Positions 26,301 to 37,910 of a stretch of 64,000 nucleotides of DNA are shown one piece after another. The stretch is taken from contig NC_092673.1 of the NCBI RefSeq assembly GCF_964355755.1, forward strand, positions 4,092,001-4,156,000, given 5' to 3'. Below the pieces are notes generated by a model that searched no databases, was not told the DNA's origin, and saw only the letters and a program-made list of their open reading frames with translations. Positions within the stretch are counted from its first letter, which is position 1, and every line of letters begins with the position of its first letter. Position numbers and translations under genes: made by a program. Origin of the DNA: Antedon mediterranea. Lineage: Eukaryota; Animalia; Echinodermata.

Positions 26301-29300
26301 GTGAAGCTGAAATAATGTAGAAACAACACGCAAGGCCGCCACGAAGACACTGAGTAAATCGCTGTTTAGTGTACCAACATACTGATAGTCTTGTATATCA
26401 ACTAATCCTGATAGAATATCATGGCATTGACATAAGTGTAACAACCACCTGCACCCAATCAGAAATCATTTATTGAGAAATCCTGCACCCAATTAATCCT
26501 CATTTTTAGGCCTACATTGGTAGGAAATAATATATGATTCTCATAAAATTATAAAAAGACCTATTTTTCATCTTGTGACTTTTTCTGGAGAAATAATTCT
26601 ATTTTTATGTCACGAGAAACAAATGCATGGAGAAGAAACCTAGACTTTTTTTCGGTCTATTATTTCTTTTGTTGTCATTCTTTTTCTTGTTTTTCGTGTT
26701 TGTATCATTCTAAGTGTTGAGGGTCTCAGGCATGTCATCCTCAGTTATTATGAGTTATCCTCATGAAACAAAGTTTATAAAAACAAATGTATTATTGGAA
26801 ACACATGAAAAGGGACCATAATTTGCAACTTTTATTTATAATCTATAAAAAAATGAATAAAAAAAAATCTGTATCAGGTGATAAGGCTATACACATAATT
26901 AATTATGCTAAGTAAATGGATCATATTATGACAATATTATCCATTTCATTAGATAATTATAACTATCTGTTTCGTAATCAATCATGAAACTAGTTATTCA
27001 TCATCGTTGATTTAGACAAGAGAGTTATTACACCCATAACGCCACCTGCTTACAGTAACTTCCATTAGTGCATATTGATTTGTAAACGCATCCCGTAAAA
27101 CGCCCCAGCCAAATAATTTCACAATTTTATGTTGTTGTGGGCAATGCTAATGTACGGGATGCCTGAGATAATTAAAACATGTTTGATTTTGTTGGAAATT
27201 GATAAACAAAATAGTAGGGATTTTGTCGTATTTTTTCAGTAAAAAGAAGAGATATTCCCTTTGATCTTGGAAATTAAGGTTGATCATTTCATAACTTTCT
27301 TTTTATCTAGTTTTAATTATTTTTTTCAATTGTGATATTCCACCTACCATAGAATGGAACATTGAATAACATCAGTCAACAAATTTGATTACAGTTCAGT
27401 TATCTCATCTAGGCCTATCTTGTCTATTTGTATCAAAAATGCATTTCAGCTATATTTTTGCTCCCACAAGTAGATCAATGTATATAACATTTTTTCATCT
27501 CTATATTTAAATGGCTTTATTTTGTTTCAGCTAAAATTTGTACCACAATTTTTAATTTCACATAATCTTGCAGTGTTGTATAATATACTATTTGTCTGTT
27601 TGTCCAGGTAAGTGTACACATTATTAGTCAAGAAATCTTTAAAGATATATTTTACCCCGAAAAAAAAAAAATTGTTTATACATTTTTTTGTTGAATATAG
27701 GCCTAGTTATTCACTTTGACCAAAAACTGGATCGAAAAAGAAATGATTTACCTGTTTTGGGGTAAAATTATTATTTTTCTACAGAAGTGAATAACTTCAT
27801 TAAAACTGCAAAATAGCCTATTTAAAGTCTGATTTTATTAGTCTTCATTTCATGTTTTTGTGTGGGGGACAATACATCTTTAAAATAATCTCATTTAGGC
27901 CTACACTACTGTAATATCATCAAAAGTAGTAGTTTGAATATTAAAACAGATCCAGGGGTTTTATCTCTTTTCTCATTTATTGAAAAAACAGGAATCATAT
28001 TATTGATTCGTTTCATGAAATCTTTCCAGTCAACACAAAGGGCATCTGATTACCTATCCGCTGACATTCAGCGTAGAAAGCGTAAACATCTTGTCATCTA
28101 GTCGTAAAAAGACGGCAGATTATGAATCTGAATAAAATATGCTTTCTTGCTATGTAATGTTTATATCAAAAAATGTAAAGATATCGTTTTAAAATGTGGT
28201 TTTTTCTGAACGCGAACTATACTAGGGGACACATCTATTAAGTAAGGTATCCCCTGAACAGGAGTTCTTTTAAAAATAAGAATAGACCAATCACAACAAA
28301 TTTGTTGTTATTATGTTAAAACTGTATATATGAAGAAATGTTAGTTTCCAAAGAAAAAGCACCATAGAGTATTACATAGAAATATAGCATATAAACCCAT
28401 TTGTACTGTAGTCTTAGTATAGCTGTAGTTCATTTTTACCTATGAATTATAATGTCAACACGGCCTTGTAGAAAACAGCAAAAAAAAAAAAATGAAAAAA
28501 GATATCGTGTTTAAAGAAAGTTATAATAATAGTATTGCATAATAGAGCTGTAAACATCCAAGTAAAGAATTATTATCAAATTGTTAGTTTCCAAAAACAA
28601 CCATAGCATGTTTACATCTCACTCAAAAATAATTCTGTTTTTTTTTTACTTGGAAGAAATGAATGGATTTGATATGAAGAGAGACTAGAGCTTCTCCTGT
28701 GTTTTGCACCTGTGGAAATTCCTTTCTCCTCCAAAACTTTCCTCCCAACGGCTATTTAAATTCAAAGAACACATTTTAAATAATAATATTAAGCAGTCAA
28801 GTATCTGATGCAAGATGAATTTCATAGAAGTCGGATGCCAGGACGCATTCAACATTTTTTTTTCAGGCTCCGGTTCACTTTATTCTTGATTTTAAATTAT
28901 TTTAGTAGGTATATTTAGTGAGTATCATCGTTTCATTAACATTTATTTGAAACAATCGTACATTTACAATAAGTTAAATGGTAACAATAAATAGGTTTCA
29001 GGGATTGGAAAAAGAAGTAAAAGAGCTAATTGTCTTATACCAACCCCCAAACAGAAAAAAGAGAAATAAACAGCTGAATGACATATCATTTATAGTATGG
29101 TGTTGTATGTCACAGCCTTATGGTGTGGTGTTGACTCCCTCCCCCAAAACCACATGCCTATAGTTTATCACGCCCGGGATCACGCCTAGTACCCTCTTTT
29201 TTCCCACAGTAACACCTTGATCCAGGTATCAGAAATGTAATATCTACCTTTTGACATTGATGATACTTGGTTTATCCTTTTTATCATTGAATGCAACTCA

Positions 29301-32300
29301 TGGCTATCCTCAACACTGTCTAAACGAGGGCGTGATATTATGACATTGCTTCTGTCCAATGACCGAACCCTTGTCCTGTCCTTTGAACCCCCACGCGTAG
29401 TCCTCTTTCGATCTTTTGATCTGCTACGTCGTTTCGGAGGTACATCATTTTGTTGACTTACTTTTATTCTTACTATGGTAAGAAAAAAAAGATATTAGTT
29501 ATCAATGATCATAAATGACATCATTTTCTTTCTAATTTTCTTCTCTCAGTTTTAGATAAATGAGCTCAATTGAAAATAAGTGAAAACAATTACAGTTTGA
29601 AATAACTGACTATATAAACACTTTTTCAGTGCAATATAAAGCTCTGTCTACACTTTTATAACTAGTTTAACAAAGTGTGATGTTCCTAAATATAGTAGTG
29701 ACATGACATGCATCATTTCCATATATGGGCACATCACATTTTGTTGTCACATAAAGTTTTATAGTGCAGACAGAGCTTAAGAATGAATAAAGCTCTGTCT
29801 ACACTATCAAACTACTAAATGTGGTAGTGATATGCCCAAATATGGTAATGATATGACATTATCATGTTCATATATGGGTCATCATCATTTTTGCAACCAG
29901 TGACTCCTTCCTATGACCATGTTTCCTGTAATAGGCAATACAAATCAGAAGACAGTCAACAAAAGGTTTTTATATCTTTATTGAATGTATAAGGAAGTTC
30001 AATAAAGATGAATTTGGATGACCTCATTGAATAGGAATAACACAGTCTTTGCTTTAGGCTCTGTCTACACTATCAAATTTTATGTGACAAAAAAAATGTG
30101 ATGAGTCCAAATAGACATGATGATGTCATATCACTACCATTATTATGTAAGCATATCACTACTATATTTGAGCAGTCAAACTAGTTTATAAAAGTGTAGA
30201 CAGAGGGTTATATTGCACTGAAAGTCAAAACACTAAAAAGTGGTAAAAGTGTTCATGCTTAAAAATGGTAGCGATATGACATCGTCATGTCCATGGGCTC
30301 ATCACATTTTTCTGTCACATAAAGTTTGATAGTGTAGACAGAGCTGTATTCTCTTGCTTATTAAAAATAAAACCCTTGCTACACTCTCATTTTTTTTAAT
30401 GGTTAGGCAAATAGGATAAAGTAACGTACTGTATACCTTGACATTTTTAATTGTATTTGTGTATTCTTTGTGTGGAACAATTGTGCCTAGCACTATTTAT
30501 CTCCAAAAGTGAATACACTTGTTCATAGAATCTCATTGTAACTAAACAGGTGCTGTTAACAATAGCTTTTATTTTCGCTAAATCCAACAGATTATGACCC
30601 GTGTTTGCAGATTTCTTTGAAAAAAAATCTGAATAAAAAATCTTTTATCTGGTAAAGTTCATTATTTTGTACTGTCAAGGTACAAGAAACTTTGTTTGTC
30701 TTCATAAAAAACCAAAGAAATGTCGGTTTTCAGCAAATCCGATTATTAAAAAGATACATACAGGTATTTTATGTCATCGATCAGTCCAATTATTTCTATA
30801 TATTATAGCAATTCCATTTGATCTTTATTTTAATGCATAAACAGTTAATTAGAACTATGTATTTATCTATTGAGTTACCCTGGTAAAATGAACATAAAAA
30901 AGTTAATCTTGAAAGAAACAATTAAATGACGTATAAATTGACGTAAATGAAATGATCGACTACGTAAATTCAGAATGCTAATTTGAAGTTCTAAATACAA
31001 ATTGAGGTCACTGAGATATAATGACAATTTTTAATGATTATATTATATATTTGATTAAGTTGCGTAATTACCCTAGATAAATGATCATAGTGTAGTGATA
31101 TGTTGGGCTAGAAAGAGCATGCAGATTTGATATGGATGTATATGGTTTCAAAAGATAATGTAAATGGTATATACTAAAAAAAATTAACAGAGTGTGATAA
31201 ACGTTGAAATGCTTAATTAAGAAAAGGATTTTGAAACTGAGGGCTTTGATATAGTCTGCTTTATCTATTGGTTTTTTTAAAGTCTTTCGTATTGTTGATA
31301 CGGTTTCTTATCAAATTTGTAATTTCAGGGATATGTATCGGTTTATATAGAAATGACACCATTAGTGTTTCATGAATCAGATATGGTTAAAAAAAATTGT
31401 TTATAACATTTAATGAAAAAAACACATTAGAACAAAATGATAGTGTTGAAAACAAAAGCATAACACAGACAGATTAAATTCTAAAAAAGAGTTGTTGAAT
31501 TTTCCCACACTGTCAAACAATGCACATAAAAGGCCTCAGTGATCCAAGTACTTTTGAACAAACATAAAAGATATTTTTATTATGACATCATAGGTATACT
31601 TATAATGCCTCAATTACTACAACAAACAGTCTGTACAGTCGTTTAAAATCGGTTCTTTGCCGAATAGAATATCGTAAAATCAGGAACCTTATAATAAACA
31701 TTCCAAAAAGAAACAGGAAAAGTTAAAATCCCTGCAGCAGAATTAAAAAGCCAAAAAAAAAAGAGTTATTGATATATCTAAAAATACTATACAGGATATT
31801 TCTGAATTTGTCTAATAAATATCTATCATTAATATTATCAATTAAAGATATATTTTCCCCTGAAAAAAATAATTTGTTTAAATGTTTTTGTTGAATATGC
31901 CATTATAATATTTATTCACTTTGACCAAAAAAACAAAAAAAAAGTTAACTAAAAAACTATAATTTAAAGCAAAAAATAGTAAAATTGACTACAAGTCAAT
32001 GGGATTTTTCTATGGAAGTGAATAACTTTATTAAAACTGCGAAATGGCCTATTCAAAGTCTTTTTTTATTAATCTTCATTTTTTGGGGAAACTAAATCTT
32101 TAAAATATTGATTACCTCTTTTAGAATCTGCCTTTGTATCGCATTCCAATGGAATAAAATTTTCCTCGTCACTAAAGTAACCTTGCGTCGAATAAGAAGC
32201 GGATTCTGAAAACTGCTCATCCAACATATCCTTGAAGAAATCGACTACGATCTTGAGGCTCTGTGAGTACTTAGCAATTGTAGATGCAACTTGAGAATTT

Positions 32301-33265
32301 GCGGGAATCGTCGATATCTCCTTGCGAAGTTGAGTGAATGTCAGTAACGCACTTTTGTCAAACTCGATTCTATCCTGAAGTGTTCGTAACAACGATGGAA
32401 GCTGAGCGTTCATACTCGGTTCAATAGTGTTCAAAACTGTTTTATTTTTGAACAACCTATTTTGAATTTCGTCCTGGGTTAAGGTCATTAGTTTTTGGTG
32501 ATTTCCTGTGCTTGGGTTTTTGTTAACGTAAGAAGTAAGCGTTACTGGTTTCTGATGCGTGAGACTCATCTCAACAAGTTTTGCAAGCGCAGTCTTGTAC
32601 GCGTGCACAGAATGTTCAAATTCTACTTTCAATGCATCATGCAAATTCATAAGATCTCCGTCTATACTAACTAAGCTATGTTCTCCGATCCCTTTGAGGG
32701 CAGTATCCATGAGTTTCTTGCGACTGTATAGAATCTTTATCATATCCGGGTACACAAACATAACCATTCTGAGAATGTTCACAATCGCTTTCACAACGCT
32801 TTCATCGCTTTGTAACAACCCGTTCTCTTTCTTCAACAACGGGTCATCGCGTGAACTTAAATAATTAACAATATGAAAAACTGTATTCTCGACATCAAGT
32901 TTCGCTATTGGGAACTCGTCTGGATTAGCAATAAAAAATTTAGAATAAAAACTTTCAATAACGGTCAAAGATTGTGGAATATTTTCAACGATTGCTGTCA
33001 CTGGTAATTCAGGAAGTATAGTTTTCAACGTTACCATATTTAATTGATTTACAAGATGCGAAGCATCGTTAAATTTCTGTTTCTCAACCAAAAGTTGAAG
33101 TTTATGGAGCGCAAATCCTGGGCTGATGTCTTGTACATTTATCGGGCTGGCAGCATTTTGCGAGAAACTGTGTACCCATGAGGAATCCCTCCATGGTATA
33201 TCTGCCGTGGAGGTACGCTTTTGTCGCCCTCTTTGCTTGATTACTTTGGGTTTACCGTGACTCAT
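23029..33265 (-). CDS. MIEAP (mitochondria-eating protein/SPATA18) C-terminal-domain protein, ~775 aa, 6 coding exons
   Basis: Exons 33265-32116, 29472-29248, 25447-25156, 24712-24493, 23695-23540, 23313-23029; GT-AG, phases 1,1,2,0,0. The last exon YIQQCVRIAWQLSIQPQPY...FDKGRHQR...YLWPTLLEG...VAYKGVVIT* matches the MIEAP C-terminal domain pattern and follows a coiled coil. Confidence 0.8.
23540..23695 (-). CDS. MIEAP-like gene exon
   Basis: LAFRAAESSLYLMKKNMRSILRV...; tttag acceptor and gtatgg donor, phase 0-0. Confidence 0.85.
24493..24712 (-). CDS. MIEAP-like gene exon
   Basis: ...LVYEYDKLYTEVRADAW...DKLLFSVIV; tttag acceptor, gtaagt donor. Confidence 0.87.
24982..25141. mobile_element. 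MITE family A copy
   Basis: Both TIRs and internal repeats present; one end lies ~15 bp from an exon donor. Confidence 0.85.
25156..25447 (-). CDS. MIEAP-like gene exon (coiled coil)
   Basis: EEKIGRG...VEKLLKKQISLQHELEKEKDKLEQQERVLRMEME...; ttacag acceptor, gtgagt donor. Confidence 0.85.
25608..25745. mobile_element. MITE family A copy
   Basis: Degenerate left TIR, near-intact right TIR. Confidence 0.8.
27640..27890. repeat. Dispersed repeat B, copy 1
   Basis: Collinear similarity to 31843-32110 (aaagatatatttt..cc..aaaaaaa / ttattcactttgaccaaaaa / gaagtgaataactt.attaaaactgc). Confidence 0.75.
29248..29472 (-). CDS. MIEAP-like gene exon (Arg/Ser-rich, phase 1-1)
   Basis: Open frame VRIKVSQQNDVPPKRRSRSKDRKRTTRGGSKDRTRVRSLDRS...SSMSK between a polypyrimidine-catag acceptor and a gtagat donor. 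Not in the ORF track. Confidence 0.72.
29640..30345. mobile_element. Cluster of four MITE family A copies (29640-29777, 29791-29895 partial, 30057-30207, 30265-30345 partial)
   Basis: Repeated gctctgtctacact and gtgtagacagag termini; the first copy has TAA/TAA flanks. Confidence 0.85.
31843..32110. repeat. Dispersed repeat B, copy 2
   Basis: Matches 27640-27890; a partial third copy lies near 45775-45850. Confidence 0.75.
32116..33265 (-). CDS. First coding exon of the MIEAP-like gene (~383 aa, predicted helical domain of unknown family)
   Basis: 398-aa ORF with globular amino-acid composition. Phase-1 gtaatc donor at 32115; tgacag acceptor near 33323; upstream gtgagt donor near 33801 suggests a 5' UTR exon. 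Confidence 0.85.
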
Positions 33266-36089
33266 GATTCACCTGGTTTGTCTGGATGTGATTCAAACAA
33301 TGACACAATTGGATATCATAACCTGTCAGCAAAAACAAGAAGATACAATTGTGATCTATATAAAAGGTTAATAACCATTGACATAGTTCACCAATAATAT
33401 ATGAATTTTTAAAAAAGAATTGAATGTGTTTAAGACCCTATTCAGAAATAAAAGAAAACATTATTTTTCAATAGCATCAACCACCAAATTTGGACAACAT
33501 TAATGATTATATCTATCAATAAATTATACGTATTCAATAATTTTCAATTCCTTATTTGTAATCCTTAATCCTCAAACAATTTGTATTTGTGCACTTGAAT
33601 AATTTTTTTCAAAGGCACTTGATACCTGTTCTTACCGTAACTAGTGTTCATAATATACAAATCCAAGAAATAATTGATGTAGGAACTCTGACTAATAAAA
33701 TCACCTCAGTATTAATTCTACTAAAACAACTTGTTAAAACATTAATAGTTGAAATCCACTAATTTATTAGATATTTAACAAAGAATATAACCTAAACTCA
33801 CCTGTATACTTAAATAAAATTTAGATAAATTAGACGTCGATGCGACTTGTTTCCTCGACTGACAATCTGTGAGGCAATATTTTGAGTCAACAATGAATTA
33901 GTTCCTGATGAATGACTTCACTCAGTATCTCTTCCTCTCACACATCATCAGGGCAGAGCAGAACATCATTAAAACATGTTTGTCCCCCTCTGTAGTTTGG
34001 AGAAAAAAATGTCAATAATATGGCAGAGATATTACTGAAGTTCTAAACACCACAAGATTTAAATAAATAGAACGTGTAAGTTTACACTTTAAACTTAACC
34101 TATCATACATAATATTCAAGCTAACCTTAGACAACTTATTAGTCTAGACTCTAGGCTAGTGCAGTGTGGTTCATTTTATTTATTAGCTAAGTCTAGGCCT
34201 CTAGAGTAGGCCTAGGCTAGTCCGTCATGGCAGGGCAGGGAATCCCTTGTTGTTGGTTGGCAGCAGAGAGGCCTATATGCCCAGGTCCTACCTCTTTATT
34301 AATTGATAGTATTCATATTACTGTGGCCTATGCTGTAGATATTCATTCATAGAACAGTAGTTTATATTATTACCCCTTCTTTACTTTACTTTTAAATAAA
34401 TAAATGAAAAAACCTGGCCTATGAATTATGATGATATTTTTCTTGATTAAATTATATCGTATCCATTTTTTTTTTTTCCAAAATGATTTAACAAAACAAT
34501 TTTTCTTGTTTGTAATGTATTGTAGGATACCCATCAATTTCTATAAATATGGCGAGCGAAAACCACGGTCTACCACCAGAGGACCACATAGACCATTGGA
34601 ATGGAGCTACTAACATTTACATGATAGTCATTGTTGTTTCTATCTGGCTTGTAGTTTATCTTAAGAAGTAAATATATTTTAAGTGTTTACAGTGGTAGTA
34701 GGCCTATTTTAACAAATAATTGTTATCATCGATTTCATGATAAGCCCACTTAAATCTTGGCCATGGCAATTTAAATATACCCAGTTGCAATATTCATGAT
34801 TAACATTTGGGCTAAATAAAGAAAACACAAGTTTAAAAATAAAATGAATACACCACTCTTTGATAAATGTTATGGTTTTCTTTTAAAACTAGGAATAAGC
34901 GATGGATGGTAAAATTTCTAAAAATGAGAAAAAACCAAGAGACTGAAGAGGCAAAGAAGGAACGACTTGATAATGATGTAAAACAAGTACGGCTACGGCA
35001 ACAATTGGAATCATATTATAACAGTAAGGCAATACCGCATAGTAGAGTAGAACGCTATAAGGGGACACCTTTGGGACCCAGCAAAGTTTCCCTTAATATT
35101 ATTAATTAACCAATAGGGATTGGTTGTGGCGTTGCTAAAATTTTTTTTCTGTAGTCTGTTTTTTCTAATTTCGTCACACAGACTATTTTTACAGACATTG
35201 TTTAATGTTACTGTACCGGATTTAGACTTTTACCTTTGACCATCCGTTCAGAGAAACCAGAATGATCTTAAACTAACAAGTGCGTGTTTGTTTTTGTGTA
35301 TTTCAAGTAGTGTGGCCATAATGGTTTTATAAACTATGAATGAAACATATTTGTTCAAGTTCAAATCTGCTTCCTCTCGATTGTCTTATCTAACTATTGC
35401 TACCCTTGCAATCTGCTGACTCACACACTATCAAAGCTGGTAGTCACAGTGAGTCAATTTCTGTTTAACATTCAACCACTGAATCGACAAAAATGCCTTA
35501 AACACATGCTCTCTACGGGCTGTAGCCGCATAAAAAAAGGGGTACGGTTGCAAGAGAAGCAAGCAAGAATTGGGGAGGTTGGGTAAGGACATACATCGTC
35601 CAACCTTCACTATTAAATGATGATGATCAACAAGCTCTACATTAAATAAAATAATCACTGTATGTTTTTAAAAAGTGGTGAGATTGAAACCAGACCAATC
35701 ATATTGGTGACTACAGCCATATTTCTAAACTATTTTTATGAGTAGGTACTGTAAACAAGAGAAAAACCTGTGTATGCGAAAAATTGAATGCATCAGCAAA
35801 CATATTAACCACCAACCTGCAATACTATTTTAAAAAAACAATTTTATAATGGACCATTACTATCAGAGTGTGTTCTTATTGAATTGGAAATTTAAATTGG
35901 AATTGCTATTGATTAAAGTATTATATTTAAAGTGTAAATAATAGCATGCGTTGTATGTGTGATATATTTTTATCTTATCTTTTATTTATATAGCCAGGAA
36001 GTGGGAACAGAGTTATAGCCAAGATCACATGGTTAATATGGAATGACAATCGATGATCAGCAATAAATAGAATAAACCGACATTACTAA

Positions 36090-36455
36090 GAACTTCCAGG
36101 TCTTTGACTGAAATAAAACTGGGTGAAATCCCTACTAAAAAGAAAAGCATTTCCAGGTCTTTGACAAAGAATGTACAGGTCTTTGACTAAGAATTTGCAG
36201 GTCTTTGACTAAGAACGTGTAGGTCTTTGACTTAGAATTTGCAGGTCTTTGACTAAGAGCGTGCAGGTCTTTGACTAAGAGCGTGCAGGTCTTTGACCAA
36301 GAACGTGCAGGTCTTTGACAAAGAATGTGCAGGTCTTTGACTAAGAACGTGCAGGTCTTTGACTAAGAGCATGCAGGTCTTTGACTAAGAACGTGCAGGT
36401 CTTTGACTAAGAACGTGCAGGTCTTTGACTAAGAACGTGCAGGTCTTTGACTAAA
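36090..36455. repeat. 22-bp minisatellite (caggtctttgactaagaacgtg)n
   Basis: About 13-14 consecutive near-identical units from ~36153 to 36455, plus a detached unit near 36097. Confidence 0.95.
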
Positions 36456-37199
36456 TCTTTCATGTCTTCGACTAGGGAGGTCTTTGGAGCCGTTCTTGAG
36501 CACATGGTCTTTAGTGCTTGTAGTGACACTGGTCCTGGTTAGTACTTCTACGGAAGTAGTTCAAATCATGTATGATGTCATGATTTTGTGTATACCATGG
36601 ATTTTTTATTTGCCACTTATTTGGACAGTGATGTCACATGTGAATCACATATTATCCTGTATCACAGAAGTTACCTATAATACTGGAATATTTAGATACC
36701 GAGATTCAATTGGCTGACACAATATGATTCAGACACAAAAAGCAAAGGTTTGAATGAACAAAAAAATGTATGATTGAATCGATTATACCTATTATGTTTA
36801 AAATTCTCTAGGTCAGTTTGATTGTTTAATAATGTATATAGTATTTATATCTAATCATATTTTTCTACATTAATAATTGTTTAAATTGTTCAAATGTATC
36901 AAAAGCATGAAATAAATATATCGTGGTAATGGTAAATGTTATATTGTCTTTTTCTGGTAGGTTTGTATATTATAATATTATATTATAGCATAGGCCTATT
37001 ATGTATTATATTAAATTCAATTCAAGTAATATTTTATTTCACATAATAATTGTACATATTATAACAATTCATTATAACTGCTACAGTATTACAAAATTAG
37101 AAACATGAATTATGATAAGGCATACTTTACAATAAAAATTATTTGACAGTTAAATTTAGTGTCCAAGTTCAAAGCAATTATTACAATACTGGTAAATTT

Positions 37200-37560
37200 C
37201 CGTGACCTTTTTGGGAAAGTAATTAAAATCGTTTACGTCATACAACCCGAAGTTCACCAATGCCTTGGCTCACCACTGTACCATATTTGATATGCTAATT
37301 CATTCAACTTCGTCACGTGCTTATGTCACGTGAAAGTTTATGGTCAGCATGCTGTGAGTCATAATAAACACGCCTCTTAAATACTAGGCAGTACTACGAT
37401 TGGTTAATACTGCAGGCAATTCAAGGAAGTAGCCTATCAGCTTATTTGTTTTGAAAAAGTGCTTTACGCTGATTGGCCATCGACTATTGAATGAATAATG
37501 AATGAAAATATTGTAGTACAGTAGTAATAGGCGCGCGAACGAGATAAATAATGATCTGTT
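37200..37560. promoter_or_regulatory. CpG-enriched candidate promoter/enhancer with tandem CLEAR/E-box sites and CCAAT boxes
   Basis: cGTCACGTGcttatGTCACGTGa at 37311-37333, ttacgtca (CRE-like) near 37233, gattgg near 37399 and 37470. Lies between two divergent genes. Confidence 0.5.
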
Positions 37561-37731
37561 ATAGGCTCTATTCTTTACAATATTGTATCAGATTATTACC
37601 TTACGTGTGTGTTGTATTATTCATGTTGATGGTGCCGTTAATTTCGTTAGTGTTCAGTTAATTCAATTAAAAAATAAACATTCTTGCGTACGTGATTTAA
37701 TCAAATTAGTAATACGTTCTTTCTTACTTAA

Positions 37732-37910
37732 AGCGTGGTTCCCACTAGCGACGCAACACAAGGACGTAACGAAACGCAAGTGAATTGACCAATCACAAAC
37801 GATGGCTTATTCGCTTGTGATTGCTAACTGTCTATAACTTCGCTTGTCATTGGTTAAAACGCTTGCGTTGCGTTTACGTCCTTGCGTTACGTTCTAGTGG
37901 AAACCAAGCT
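37732..37910. mobile_element. MITE family C (Harbinger-like; TIR AGC.TGGTT.CCACTAG)
   Basis: Long imperfect inverted arms with TAA/TTA flanks; a second copy lies at 51220-51372. Confidence 0.85.

Noticed and set aside
36090-36455. CRISPR-like repeat/spacer appearance
   Set aside because: The variable parts are only ~9 nt and nearly identical to each other. The context is eukaryotic with no cas genes, so this is a minisatellite.
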